Both the position numbers and the translations under genes were made by a program. DNA of 64,000 bases from Nitrosopumilaceae archaeon (GTDB lineage Archaea > Thermoproteota > Nitrososphaeria > Nitrososphaerales > Nitrosopumilaceae): the NCBI GenBank assembly GCA_965207375.1, contig CBDBMG010000001.1, forward strand, positions 288,001 to 352,000, read 5' to 3'. The notes under the pieces are model-generated. The model did not search any database. It saw only the letters and a program-made list of their open reading frames with translations, and was not told where the DNA came from. Positions 40,085-53,391 of the stretch are shown here, one piece after another (within the stretch, counting starts at the first letter, position 1; every line of letters begins with the position of its first letter).

Positions 40085-40815
40085 ATCTGGACCTGGTGCA
40101 CATGCAGAGTGAAACATTACTCTTACAGCAGAGCACCTGTCAAGTCAACTGAACTCATAGGCAGATGAGGAGTCCAGGATGGCAAAGAACCGCTACAACT
40201 GGAAATGCAACTATAGGCTGTATTTCTACAGATAGAGTCAGTAATGGACCTAGTGGAGGTGGACTTGTTTGCATCTCATCTAACAACACAGCTTCCCCAC
40301 TTCTACAGCTGGAGACCAGATCCAGAAGCAGAGGTAACAGATGCCTTTATGCATGCAGGATTGGACAACTTGTCGGGGATTTGCCAACCCACTGTGGTGC
40401 CTGATACATCATTGCCTCACCAAGGTGACAAAGCAAGCAGCACATGTAGTATTAATAACACCATTGTGGAAAACCCAGTCATGGTTCCCAATGGTACTAG
40501 AACTTCTGGAGGACTACCCTAGAAAGATCCCGCAATGACAGGATCTAGTGTCAATGCTGGTGGGACAAGACTTTCTGATGCAACAAGGAGTACCTCAGGT
40601 CAGTTGTCTGCCCTATCTCAGGGAATCCTATATGCATCATGAGGACTTTCTTCATCAGCTTTGGATCTCATGCTTGTGTCATAGAGGGACAAAGCCAATT
40701 CCAACTACCTGTATGGTTCCTCCTTCTCTAGATGGTCTAGCTGATGTCGACAAAAGGGTCGAGATCCCTTTTCAGGACTTATAGAGGGTAAATTTTTTGA
40801 CCAGTATTTTTTAAG
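40085..40815 (+). mobile_element. DIRS-type retrotransposon fragment (RNase H and downstream region)
   Basis: ITLTAEHL..ADEESR, VDLFASHLTTQLPHFYSWRPDPEAEVTDAF, FANPLWCLI..VVLITPLWKTQSWFP across frameshifts. Confidence 0.8.
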
Positions 40816-42319
40816 AAGACTAGCTACCAGTATCCAGCACACATGCTATCTACAAAGAGCTAATGGATAGGGACTGCATGCTCCTTTTATAGGCACAACA
40901 CATTTTTACGTAAATCTTATGACTCTTCAAAATGGCTGTAATATCCTTGTAATTATGCCAATTACATATTGATATTTCATTTCACCTTCTTCATGTAATT
41001 ATAAGTACGTAGCATGCAGGTACCTTGTGCCCTGAACCATTCGCAAATGACATCTTGTACCCTAAACCATTTACAATTGTTGCACTAATGTAATGGCTAT
41101 ACAGGATTACACCTGTTTGTTTGGCATTCATCATGCGCATCATTACTAAGGATATGCCCACATCATAATATTGATGGAAAATGTTATATGAAGGAATTGA
41201 AAAGTAGCAGAATTTGTTTAACTGACTAATCAGGCTTCATTTTACATGTGAGGAGTTATTGGAAGCTCACACACTATGTAAACATGCACAACGACCAGGG
41301 TACATTCCATAAGCGCCCATATTTCTTCCATAAAATCTGTCAACTTTCTTTTCCTGTACAATATAGCTAAACCATAAAATTTAATTACCATTAAATTTTC
41401 ATGCCATACGGTAGGTCACGTAGCTACTTTGATTGTGTTAAGGTAATAAACTCTAATGAGAAAACAGATTTTATCATCAGAGAAATGCACAATTTTCATG
41501 ACAGATTGCATCAGTTGGTGTAGCTAATGAAGGTAAAATTTAAGGAAGAATTTAGTTTGCAGGTATACGTATGCTGAAAACTTTGGAGTTACATGTAGGG
41601 TATTTTTCTGGAAAACAATGCACAAAGTACTGGTTAATGTGTCTTGATAGATCTGCCAATGAAGAAGTGAAACCCCACATCCTACTATGCTGTGATGCTT
41701 GAAAATCTAGAAGGAATCTGGCAAACGGTCTGAGAATTGCATTCTGGAACAAATCAGTTTGTGCATGAGTAAGTGCCAACAAGCAGAAGACGACATTGAT
41801 GACTTAGTGAAAGTTCTTAAAGAAAACATGTGTCTAAATATTCTATACCTCAGCATGAATGATTTTCTCAGGAAACCACAAAGGCAGCAATGATCCTCCA
41901 AAATTTCCGGTATTGCATCAAAGATGGAGAAAGCTCCCTAGCAGATGAAATATCTACATTTGCCCAAGCATTTAAACCACAGGTTTCTATATCAACTGCT
42001 AATAATTCCTCAGTGGTTGTTAACCAGACTACTCCACCTAAATCTCTGGGCACTAGGGTAGAATATCTCCTGTGCATTCAGCTAAACTACAAAGTAGGAA
42101 TTAAGAGAATTATAACAACTTTTAGAAGAAAATGTTAGCACTGCTGATACAAAAAGCTGGAGTTCTAGATTCAATTTAATTTGCAAGCTAGTGTAATAAA
42201 CTTGCAATTGTACGTTTAAACAATTTGTATATTATAATGGTAATGACCTGCCTGCCTGCATTGCATCTTGACATGATTTCAACAAATAGTGGCCTATAAA
42301 ATATTATAAGTTATAGTTA

Positions 42320-42418
42320 TATCACAGTACGAGTATGATATCTTAGTTATTACACGAGTCCAAGGCGAAGCCGAGGATGAGTGTTAATAACTAAGATATC
42401 ATACGAGTGTACTGTGAT
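42320..42418. repeat. Fold-back repeat with GCGAAGCCGAGG centre; relative at ~36300-36390
   Basis: GTATGATATCTTAGTTATTA pairs with TAATAACTAAGATATCATAC; part of an insert absent from the 37.3-kb duplicate. Confidence 0.7.
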
Positions 42419-42972
42419 GGGTTTATATTCCAATCCTTTGTTGCAGTAATTTACAAACACATGTAGTTTTAGTACTACAAATAGGTGCAACTTTCTTTGA
42501 AATTTTTCTCACTGGATGATAACTACCCAGCTGGATTATAACTACCCCAGCTGGATGATAAATGATAACTACCAGGAAGTAGTTATCATCCAGTGGTATT
42601 GTAGTTATCATCCAGCACTTTCCTTTGATGTATGGCTTTATTGGAATATAATATTTACTTATAATATATAAACATTTTTACCTTTTGTGAGTAGCTGTAC
42701 GTATAATAATTATATAGCTAATTGGTATTAAGATACATGTAACATGTGCCGTATAGCTGGAAAGTTGGAGAGGAAAAGTTGACAAATTGTCTGTGATTCA
42801 TCAAACTAAACCATCCATTTTTATGTATAATTATAATTACTTTCTCAGCTGAATATATCCATTCACCAAACTCTTCTTCACCAAACGCTCATGAGAGTAA
42901 ATCCGCCCAAACTTTCCCACCATACAGTAGTAATTTATTCATGATTATTGTTTTGTATGCCATCCTATATAG

Positions 42973-43048
42973 GCACTGGTGGTGTGGAGTCAACAGACAT
43001 TTCCACCAATTACTCCTAGTTTTCCTCCTCCTCCAACATCTAATCATG
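42973..43048 (+). CDS. Gene 4 exon 2: end of signal peptide + Pro-rich linker (ALVVWSQQTFPPITPSFPPPPTSNH)
   Basis: 76 nt, phase 0/1, tatAG and GTATAG; paralogue 55006-55081 has the same length. Confidence 0.75.
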
Positions 43049-43393
43049 GTATAGTCAAATTGTAGCTATATTATAATCAGCAGTACAATATTACTGTCAA
43101 TATCGTGACATTTATTACTCATAAACATTTGAATTTTATAGTACCAGTAAAATATTTCATCCTATGTTCACAACTATAGTGCTTGACTGTTAACTAAAAC
43201 TGATATTGTAATAATATCGATTATAATGATATGATATATCGTAACATGAAATTTTTACTATTGCCCATCCCTAGCTGATAGACAACCACTTAAAGCTGAT
43301 ACATTAATTTATAAATTCTTAATTATTTGTTGTAGTAGCTATAACATTTATTTGACTGCTTTGCTTATTTGATTAAGCTATTTGTCTTGTTAG

Positions 43394-43702
43394 GTGTTCC
43401 TCCAGACATTGATGAGGGACCATTTATATCACAGCCACTCGATGTTTTGCCTGGAGACATGACAGTCAGCATAGGAACTCCTGTATATGTTGTTGATGGA
43501 TTTAATGTTACTATTGTCTGTAATATTATTAATGGAACAAGCCCAATTACCATTATGTGGCTTCGTAATGGAGCACCTTATGCTGCTGGAGGAAATATAT
43601 CTACTATTACAGTAACTGATTATAATGATAGTGATGTCTTCACTTGTAGAGCTGATAATATTGTAGGATTTGACGTGGAGAGTACTACTATAAATGTGTT
43701 TG
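43394..43702 (+). CDS. Gene 4 Ig-like domain exon
   Basis: VTIVCN..GTSPITIMWLRNG..DSDVFTCRADN; 309 nt, phase 1/1, GTAAGT donor. Confidence 0.88.
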
Positions 43703-43934
43703 GTAAGTAAATTCCATATTTTATCAATACAAGTTTGATTTGTTATATATAAGTTTGGGTTGGAATGTATGCCTGCCTTAAAGGAGTCTCAGAATGTCTT
43801 TCATGATAATGCGTCTCCAGAAACTTGTGGTAGACTAAGCTTTGGTAGTTTGGATTTTCATACATAATGACAAGAAATTTAACTTGAGATACATCACTTG
43901 TGACAATCGCCAAATTAAAAAAATTAACACAAAT

Positions 43935-43983
43935 CAACAACAGCAACAACAACAACAACAACAACAACAATAATAATAATAAT
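43935..43983. repeat. (CAA)n(TAA)n microsatellite
   Basis: Seen directly. Confidence 0.85.
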
Positions 43984-44039
43984 AAAAATACCAAAATATG
44001 CATTTAGCATTTATGACAGCTATGTATCTAGCTACTGGG

Positions 44040-44722
44040 AGTTACAGGGTATTTTCACAACTATGATTAGCTTGTGATTTGGCCTGTAGCTAGCTACTAT
44101 CATTATTACCGTATGGCCTAAACTTTTCGAGGGTGAAAATTTTCGCTGATTTTGAGGTTTTTTTGACCGACCATGAAAATTTTATCCTCAAAATATTTGT
44201 TCTATACTACATTTCAATACTTTACTTCTGCAATCTACAAAAATTTTATCCTCGAAATATTTGCTCTATACTACAATTTAATACTTTACTTCTGCAATCC
44301 ACGAAAATTTTATCACGAAAATTTCTTTTTAAAGGAAAAATCACTCAATCTCAAAATTTTTCACCCTCGGCTATATGGTATATAAAGGTGGCCAAGTGAC
44401 AAAGCCAATCATAGTTGTGATAAACTAGTAAATAATAAAATATAAAATTTCTATTGTTGAACTAGCTAGCTAATAGCCTAAAAATATTTGTCATTCAAGT
44501 AAACAATTAAGCCTCTTGGCCTCATAATTAGTTGATATCACATGACATGCAATGCTAGTACTGCTTCTGGTTGGCCTCACACATTTTACAGCCAGGCTGT
44601 CACAGTTTTGTTTAAGTATGTATAATCCTCAAAAACCTTTAGGAGAATTAAGAAGTGTCTAGGAAGAAGCGAATCGATACTTCAGGATTTTCCCTTGTAT
44701 TTCCCCAAGTAATAGATGTCCA
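44040..44722 (-). mobile_element. Degraded family A copy with a MITE in its loop; body partly tandem-duplicated to ~45080
   Basis: Arm fragments ~44041-44085 and 44385-44600; reverse-complement body motif TTTTCCCTTGTATTTCCCCAAGTAA near 44690. Confidence 0.6.
44107..44380. mobile_element. TACCGTA-type MITE
   Basis: Ends TACCGTAT / ATATGGTA with subterminal CGAGGGTGAAAATTTT / AAAATTTTTCACCCTCG. Confidence 0.7.
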
Positions 44723-45129
44723 TTAACAATAATAGATTGGCTCCGACATATAATTTGTCTTTGGGCAGACGTACTGCTGGTTGGCAATGCTACATTCTGC
44801 AATGCTAGCGCTGCTTCTGGTTGGCCTCACACTTTTTATAGCCAGGCTGTCACAGTTTTTGTTTGTTAAAATACATATAGCTAATCCTAATTTATAAGAA
44901 AATTTTGACAAAACCTTATAAAATATGCAGGATAATTAAGAAGTATCAATAATAAACTAGAATCAATACTTCAGGATTTTCCCTTGTATTTCCCAACTAA
45001 TATAGATGTCCATCAACGATAATTTGTGACATATGATTTGTCTTTGGCCAGGCATACTGCTGGTTGGCAAAACTACATTCTGTTTGTATGCCAATGGAAG
45101 AATAAATGATTTGTTAGTAATAGCTTTTT

Positions 45130-45780
45130 GCTAAACAAAAATAGCTTGATCATGACTGTAAAAAAGTGTTAGGCCAATCAGAAACAACATTGTAGCTATG
45201 TATAGTGACCAAACACTTTGATATCACAGGCCTGGAGGAATCAAAATGAAATTAGTCAGGCCATGTAATATCACAATGTAGAACATTGACTTGGATATGA
45301 TGTTACATGTTTTAAGGGGCATGCAAAATGCATATGAACCATCAAGTTTATGAATTTATGACTTATTTCTTGTTATAAAAATTAGGTTGTTTAATTAGAG
45401 TATCCTACAAGCACTGTGACTGTTCTATTAGAGTATACTGATCTTTTATTGTGATGATATTATATAGCTTATGGGCTTACCTACTCCAAAGCTATACACA
45501 TAGGTGATTGTTTTATTAGAGTGACTATTCAGTTAGAGTATATTGACATAAACTATCTATTAATAATTGGTTAGGCTCCAGCCTTACCAACTGGTTCCGC
45601 TGGCCCTATATCAAATAAGGCCAAGAAGTTATCAAAAATCACTTTAGCCATTTGAATAACATACAAGCAGTTTACAGGGCATTTTCACAACTATGATTGG
45701 CTTTATCACTTGGCCACCTTTTTTTAAAAATGATGGTATAAAAAAGGTGGCCAAGTGACAAATCCAGTGATAGTTGTGAC
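45130..45780. mobile_element. Degraded family A palindrome interrupted by an insertion (~45227-45607)
   Basis: Left arm in two pieces; loop ~45720-45743; truncated right arm. Confidence 0.6.
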
Positions 45781-47306
45781 AAGTTGATATTTTACCATCT
45801 AAAAACCAGGCGCTGTGTAAGTTAAACCACTGTTAATCCACTGCTATTTAATGCATTATAATATCATGTGTAAGTCACGTGAGCAATGACTCATCATTAG
45901 GAACACATAGCAATGCATACAAATTTGGCTTTACACTCCAGCACTTTAGTGATAAAGCTTTTTAAAAGTTGTTTTGATACTGTATAGGCCAGTCTTCTTT
46001 TATAAACTTCACAATCCGCATGGCATGTTCACTTTCAAAGCTGAAGCACTCCATCTTATTAGTAATGTACAGCTGGATAAGCGCCTTTTACTGTGTAATG
46101 AACAGCAAATACGGCATTATCTTACTCTTCTTTAGCAGTAACTCCCAACGTATTTTGTTACTAAGGCCATGTTCATCAATATCAACAGCAAATGTCATAT
46201 AATAAAGAAAAACTGAAAGCAGTAGGACTTATTTAATGGTTATTCGGGTTACATTTCACATGAATAGTTATTTATAGCCTCAAGGCAGTCACACACACAT
46301 ACATACGTACACAGACAGACACACACACACTCACACTCACACACATAATTTGCAAACAAAAGCAATTTCAAGAAGCTATGCAAAGTCCTGGGAACGTGGT
46401 TTAAAAATGCCCTGCGAATTATTTGTACGCATGTCATTCAAGTGCTAGCTATGCTTTAAAGGATTTTTGATAAAGAATTTTAAATAATTATTTAATAAAC
46501 AACCTCATAATTACTATTCTATGAAAATTAATAATTCATTGTTATGAAATCATTCAACATACACCATGCAGGTGTCGACAGGGGAGGATCCAGGGTATCC
46601 CAAAGGAAGTAAAATTAGGTAATATAATAGAGGTGGGTGCACCTGCCTCTATAGAGCTCTGTATATTACCCAAAAGATACAAATATTAAACACATTTTTA
46701 TACTGAGATAAGAGCAAAAAATTGATTGCACAGTCAATTATTATTATTATAATTTTGGCAAAAAGGCAAAAATAGCCTGTACACCAAATCATTATTCAAT
46801 AAAACAGTACATGTTGTCAGTCCAATACATATCCAGCTTCGCCTTGAAGTAATTTAAAGAGCATGTTTCAATAAAAGGTTGTGGTAAATTGTTCCATGCA
46901 TTCACTACACGATGAGATAAAGGTGTTAATTATTTATGAAAATAAAAGTAACTGGATATGAATGAAAGATAATAGCTTCATGTGCAAAAATGATCGAAAT
47001 GAGAAACTTGAGAAACATTGAATCTAGCTACGTATAAGCCCAACAATTTAAGTGGTAGGGTAAGCTTCATTGGCATAGCAGTAGTCAACCTATTTCTGCA
47101 GGTGTCTGCTTGATAGACCAAGCTTGCAGCATGTAGCTACATCATAGCTGTCCCTTGGTAATAATTAAATTCACTGTAGAGGTTATAAAAGTACCTGTTA
47201 GTCTGAGATCCCTATTAAATAGTTGCCACCATACTTGATATTATAACACCTCACTATACTTGCATATAGCTATACATATTATACTATAAACATTGCACTT
47301 ATCTAG

Positions 47307-47453
47307 CAACTGAAGAGGATTGCTCAGTTACCATGGTTAGTGGAAAAGTTAGGCATAACCAACGAAGAAACAGAACAAGATTTAGGTTTTCATCTGATGG
47401 TGATCCAAAGGTCACTTATAGATGCAAACTTGATGATGGGGAGTTTGATGATT
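47307..47453 (+). CDS. Gene 4 penultimate exon (basic Ig-like domain, first half)
   Basis: 147 nt, phase 1/1; TEEDCSVTMVSGKVRHNQRRNRTRFRFSSDGDPKVTYRCKLDDGEFDD; paralogue of 2352-2495. Confidence 0.8.
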
Positions 47454-48112
47454 GTGAGTTTATAGCATTTATTGCTGTCTACAGCCAGCATACTGTGGCT
47501 TATATTATTGATATTTTTGTTTGTGAAGTGTAAGATAGGTATGTATATATCTAGTTCTGCATGCATGAAGTTCAATGTTTTATTACCAGTATGGTAAGTA
47601 TATATAGCTACATAGTTCATCAGATTTTTGTACCGACACATTGATAGTTTCTGGTTAACAACTTTATTAACAGAACAAAAATTTGTGGATTGAATGACAC
47701 TTAGTTACATAGAATGTTGTATAAATAATTTTATAGGGCTATTAGGGGGCACTGGGTCCATATTTTAAAGAAAGGTTAGCTAGAGCTTATACCTATTTGC
47801 AGTGTAGCTACATACATACTTTTAGTGTAGCTATAGCTAATCCTTATGCATTTTAGGAGGTATTTAAGGTGCAAACCTTACATATATACGTAGCTACAAA
47901 TATTAGCTATAGTTTGTGGAAGGGACAGTTTCTTGGTTTCCTACATCAGAGAATCTCTAAGGTCAAATGCCAGGCCAAATGCCACTGTGAATGACCATTT
48001 AAAATGTATGCAGCTAGATAATGTTTATGTAGCTGCACAACTCCATATGATAATGATTTAGCTTTCATATAGCTACAACTAGTTGTAATATTACGTAGGT
48101 ATGTGTATTTAG

Positions 48113-48243
48113 GTAAAACTCGTATGATCTGGAGAAACTTGAATAGAGGAAGACATACTATTGCTGTAGAAGCCTTCTGTGTTGATGATGAAGGGAAAAG
48201 ATCTTCTACTGTGAGAAGAAATTTCAACTTTCGAATTCCTTAA
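48113..48243 (+). CDS. Gene 4 terminal exon (CKTRMIWRNLNRGRHTIAVEAFCVDDEGKRSSTVRRNFNFRIP*)
   Basis: Same length and stop position as 3706-3836; 3' UTRs also similar. Confidence 0.8.
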
Positions 48244-50517
48244 TCAGTTTCCCTTCATGCTGGCAATTGACTATAATTACTAGTAGTGTGTAATTCTTTG
48301 TTAGGTTTCTGCACTGAATTTGGATTTTGATTTAGTTGCTACTCTTTTATTTTTCATTTGACTTGACTTCATCATGCATTGTGTAGCTATAGTAGGTAGA
48401 GCATTGTACATTGTCAGCTATACAGATTTGATTACTAATCAGAAATGTTTATATATTAGCTAGATTGTTATAGCTAACTAAGCTAGTTGTATAATAATAA
48501 CTAAAACATTCAAATAACTTTAGTCATACTTATAGCTATATGTATGTGATGAGCATTCAACCAAATACCTAGCTATAGTCCCTAGAAACAGAGTGCTAGT
48601 GGAATTGCTCTATAGGCTTGAATTGATGTTTCTCAATACTGTGATTATCTTTCTTATGCATTTATCCGCCTATACTTTCACTATAAACTTTCAATGGTGA
48701 AGTTGATAATTTTGACTTTGATTTCGTTGTCGAGTGTGGTCGCAATATTAGGGAAGGACTCGAAGTAGTGATTAGACCAGGTGTTAATAAGACTAGTGTG
48801 AAATTACTATTTTACCCATGTTGTATTATCTGTGCCTCTTGTGACATCAGATCCTGATTGCACTGATGACGTGTTGCATTAAATGGAAAAGTTTTCAATC
48901 CCTTGTTTTATTGTTAAAATGTGAAATGAAATTTAAAAATGTGTAATTGATAATCTTACCATTCAATTAATATAATGAAACAAAAAATTACCCTGTCTCC
49001 CTCCCTTTAAGAAGGCTTGGCATGTTTAATCGCCACTTTGTTGCCTTTCTTGTCAATAATAAATGGCGAAAGGTGGCCAAATGATAAATAAGTCTAACTT
49101 CCATGTTCTGATCAGTTAAAAGACAAAGTTGCTGTCAGTAGTAGTTAGCTATAGCTATTGCAATAGTACAGTAACATAGTTATGTACATTATGTATTATG
49201 AGAATTCAAGTCATATAGGTACGTAAATAGTTTTGTGGATCACTTCATTTTTCCTATTATATTTTCTGTTTATATCCTTGCAGCAAAAACTGTAAGAGTG
49301 CAAATTTTACATATTTATTGTGACAGCATAAGTATGTATTGAAATATACAGAACATAGCTATACAGCCACCTATAAACAATGGAACTGTGAAGCTACTTA
49401 GGGTGTTCATGTAATGGGTATAATTAGACACCCTGACTTGTACCCTGATACCAATTAGTCTTGCATTGCTAAACCCTCTTTGCATAGACGCCTATCGATT
49501 GGAGATCATAAGTGCTGCACTACAAGGGTCTAGTACTGTTTACAGGTCCTGAGCAAACAGTTTTTGTTGGGTGCTAATAGCTAGGTGTTCATAAGATCAT
49601 GTGTAAAAATCCACTGCCAAATACAAGCACATATGCTAATTCATTACAAAAACCCATCATTACCAAAAAAGTGTGAAGAAACATATTGTGGCCTGACTGT
49701 GAATAGTATCAGACCCCGTAGCTCAACTGAATGCTTATAACCCCCATGCCAATTGATAAATGCCTGTCCAAAGAGGGTTTGGCATAGTGAGACAATAACA
49801 TGTGGATAAAATGTAGCATACAACAGTCATGTGATCCCCTCATGTGACCTTACCTATTGTATAGTATTTACATGTTATGTATTTTGACTTTGAGAAAAAC
49901 ATGAAGTACATTTTTATTAAGTAGCTAGTCACCCACCCTTGTAATTAACACACCCAATGGGTTTGTTACCTTCTGCATCTTCAAGTGGGCACTTGTATCA
50001 TCTAAATTAATAACCTGCTTTAATAATGATAAATATTATTTTGACCATATCAAGCATGGTCTTATCTAGTCTTGCAAGCCAGACTCACTTTTCCCACCCC
50101 CATGTAAAATGAGAAGGTGAATCTGGCCAACCATGTGCAACAAAATTTCCCTCAGTAGCTAGTACACGTTAATCTGCTTTATCTTTACAGAAGAACTTCA
50201 GTGAGCTGGTGAATAACCTAAAGAACCACCCGCCTTGAGTAGCCTCGGATTGTGGGATCCCACGCCTGCTCGAAATAAACGAGACATGACCATGCACTAT
50301 ATACCCATGCTTACGTATACCAAACTAACAAGTGTACCTGCCTGTTGTGCAGGGTGTAAGCCGTGTAGCTAAATGCATGTTCATGTGCATGCAGATCATA
50401 TCACACTATCTAGCCACTATATGATCTCCTATAATATTATGCCCATCTAGTCTCCTATGCAGTGGCATAGCTAGCCTATTGTGATTGGTTGGGCACCACT
50501 TTATATAGAACTCATTG

Positions 50518-50696
50518 AGTGTGTGCGTGTGTGTACGTGAGTGTGTGCGTGTGTGTACGTGAGTTTGTGTACGTGAGTGTGTGCGTGTGTGTACGTGAGT
50601 GTGTGTACGTGAGTGTGTGTGTGTGTGTGTACGTGAGTGTGTGCGTATGTATACGTGAGTGTGTGTGCGTACGTGAGTGTGTGTGTGTGTGTGTGT
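50518..50696. repeat. Compound GT/ACGTGA minisatellite
   Basis: Seen directly. Confidence 0.9.
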
Positions 50697-51078
50697 ACAC
50701 AGTTAGTGTTATATCAAGTACATAATTATAGCTAATTAGTATAGCTATAGCTTATGTAAATTCTTTGAAAAATCTTTTGTTAGGTCAAAGTTCATATATA
50801 ACTGATAGTAGTCAGATTATGCCAGTAGGTGATAACACTCTTGATATAGTCTTACAGAACACTAAACAAGGTACAACTAAACATTGCTTTTACAACTAGA
50901 CCATACAAGACAATGAGTATTAGCTACATACTACAAGATAAAAACTATTATGGCCAATACACAGAAACGATACAACTATTATAGCTACTAAGGAAATGAG
51001 TGGTACAATAACTACCCAATAATAAATTCTTAGTACGTAAATGTACACAAAACAGCTCATACACTGTTTATAATGTTT

Positions 51079-52480
51079 ATGCTAAACAAAACAGCCTGGC
51101 TGTAAAAAAAGTGCGAGGCCAATCAGAAGCCACAATGGCTATAAGCGACCAAAATCTCTGATATCAAGTAAGGCCAAGAAGTTGAACATTTTATTAAGAA
51201 TCCTTTTACTTGAATGACATACAATAGTTTACAGGGCATTTTCACAACTATGATTGGCTTTGTCACTTGGCCACCTTATAAAAGATGATAGTACAAAAAG
51301 GTGGCCAAGTGACAAAGCCAATCATAGTTGTGAAAATGCCCTGTAAACTATTGTATGTCATTCAAGTAAAAGGATTCTTAATAAAATGTTCAACTTCTTG
51401 GCCTTACTTGATATCAGAGATTTTGGTCGCTTATAGCCATTGTGGCTTCTGATTGGCCTCGCACTTTTTTTACAGCCAGGCTGTTTTGTTTAGCATATCA
51501 CTGCTTTTTGTAAATAGATTACAATTATAAACAAGTCCTGACAAGAAACCTTATATGAAGTATGCAGAGTAATAAAAATTTAAAGGGGAGAGGAGCTGGA
51601 AGTTAATACTTTAGGTGTTTCCCCGGCTTGTATTTCCCCCAAGTAGCTAATGAACATATATAGTACGTATTACTATAATTGTTAGCTATGTATATAGGTG
51701 GAGAACAGTGAAGAACCTCAATGAAGGCTACATCATTGCCATCATGTCCTGTACTGTTGATTGATCTACAGGAGAAGATATATTATAATGCTATAAATAA
51801 ATTTTGTGCATGCTAACAGGACAGTGGTCTCCTATTTATAATGTGTGGCCACTGTTCACCTTGTGTTGTTTGGTATAATTATCTTGCATGGCACATAAGC
51901 ATGAATAATCATTAAAGGCTAATTTTGACAAACTGAAGTGTCACAATTTCTTTAAACTTATCCTGAAGATTCATATATCAATATAGTTTGTGTATCTGAA
52001 ATTTTATTCAAATGATTTAGAGGGAGTCTGAGTTATGGAAACTATCAACATGCAGTGTAAAAGTATCTCTCAAATATAGTTAGGTATTTGCTTTATGCTG
52101 AAAGTTGTTTTTCTGGTAGAGCATACATAGGAGAAGTGTTGATACAAATTTGGTTGAAATCCATGCAGAAATGAGTGAGTTATTAGACAAATAAGTGTGA
52201 GTGTTTTAAATAGAAATTCCGGAATTCACGCGCAAGCGCACAAAAAGTGTGCGATGAAAATGAAAGAAAGAAAGAAAGAAGAAGAAGAAAGAAAAAAAAA
52301 ACGACGGGCGCCTAAAATATTTTTGATTACAGGAAGGAGTTTATAAGGCGCGTACGGAAAACTCGTGTCATGGATATCAAACGACTTCAGGTCAACGATT
52401 ATTCATACATTGAAGGTACTATTTGTTTAGTAAACGAGTAAGTAGGTGCCAAGGGGATGGTTTTTCGAGCGTGGGCGCAC
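51079..52480 (-). mobile_element. Family A palindrome-ended element, inverted copy
   Basis: Perfect arms 51079-51277 / 51298-51496 with 20-nt loop; body is the reverse complement of 1-984; far end undefined. Confidence 0.85.
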
Positions 52481-53349
52481 GAACGGGTGCCATAAAACTC
52501 GCAATGGCTGGTACTTAGGATTGGTGGCGCCGACTTCCTCCATTGTCGGGTTACTAATTCTATATGGTTAGAACGTTCTGAGTCCTGAATAACTAGGCGA
52601 TAGCTGTCGTGGCGGCTTAGTTACAGCGTTTTCAAATTTCAGAGCGGTGCTACGTGTAAATAACTCACTCATTCGTCGCGTACGGCTGCTTCTTCTTGGC
52701 CTCGCGACTCACTATCGTGAGTCTTGATTAGTTCTTGGTAATGATGTGACATTATTACCACAATAATTTACCAGCTATAAAAAGAATACAGCAGACATCA
52801 GTGATTAAGGTTTACATGCCTGTGGGACTTAATATGATGTAATTAACTTATTAGGAACCACATGGAATCTGATTTGCTAAAAATGTCAGGTCATGCAACT
52901 ACACAGATTAAATTCGGACCACAGCACAGGCTGAATGGCTATATAAGGCTATATAATAATAATGTAGCTACGAAGTTCAAATGAATATCGTTAACTGTGT
53001 GGCCGGAACAAGAAATGCATTCATGTCCCGAAGTGATAATACCATTGGTAGTCTCGCGTAGCCAGACCCTTTTTGTCGCAGGGCGCTTATCGATTAGAGA
53101 TTATAAGCGCCCGCTCAGAGAGACTATGGTAGGGCTGGCATTGCTATAATTTAGCCTGATATCTAACCTCAGTTCTAATTCTGGCTTAGCTGTTGAAAGC
53201 TACGTATCAAATAACTTTTCCAGATACAAATCCTCCAACTTCCAACTGATGTCATTTTGATACGTAAAATTTCGTATTCCATAGTGCACCTGATAGGTTT
53301 CACCTCGCAACTGTCGAGTTGATTGCCGGATTTGAGTTGGATCAATGAG

Positions 53350-53391
53350 ATGGCTCGTCTAGCTATATACTTGTTAACAGCATTGGATTTA
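53350..53391 (+). CDS. Gene 5 exon 1 (signal peptide start MARLAIYLLTALDL)
   Basis: AAG/GAG-ATGG context, 42 nt, GTAAGT phase-0 donor; joined to exon 2 gives MARLAIYLLTALDLALVIWG-QQT. Confidence 0.62.
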
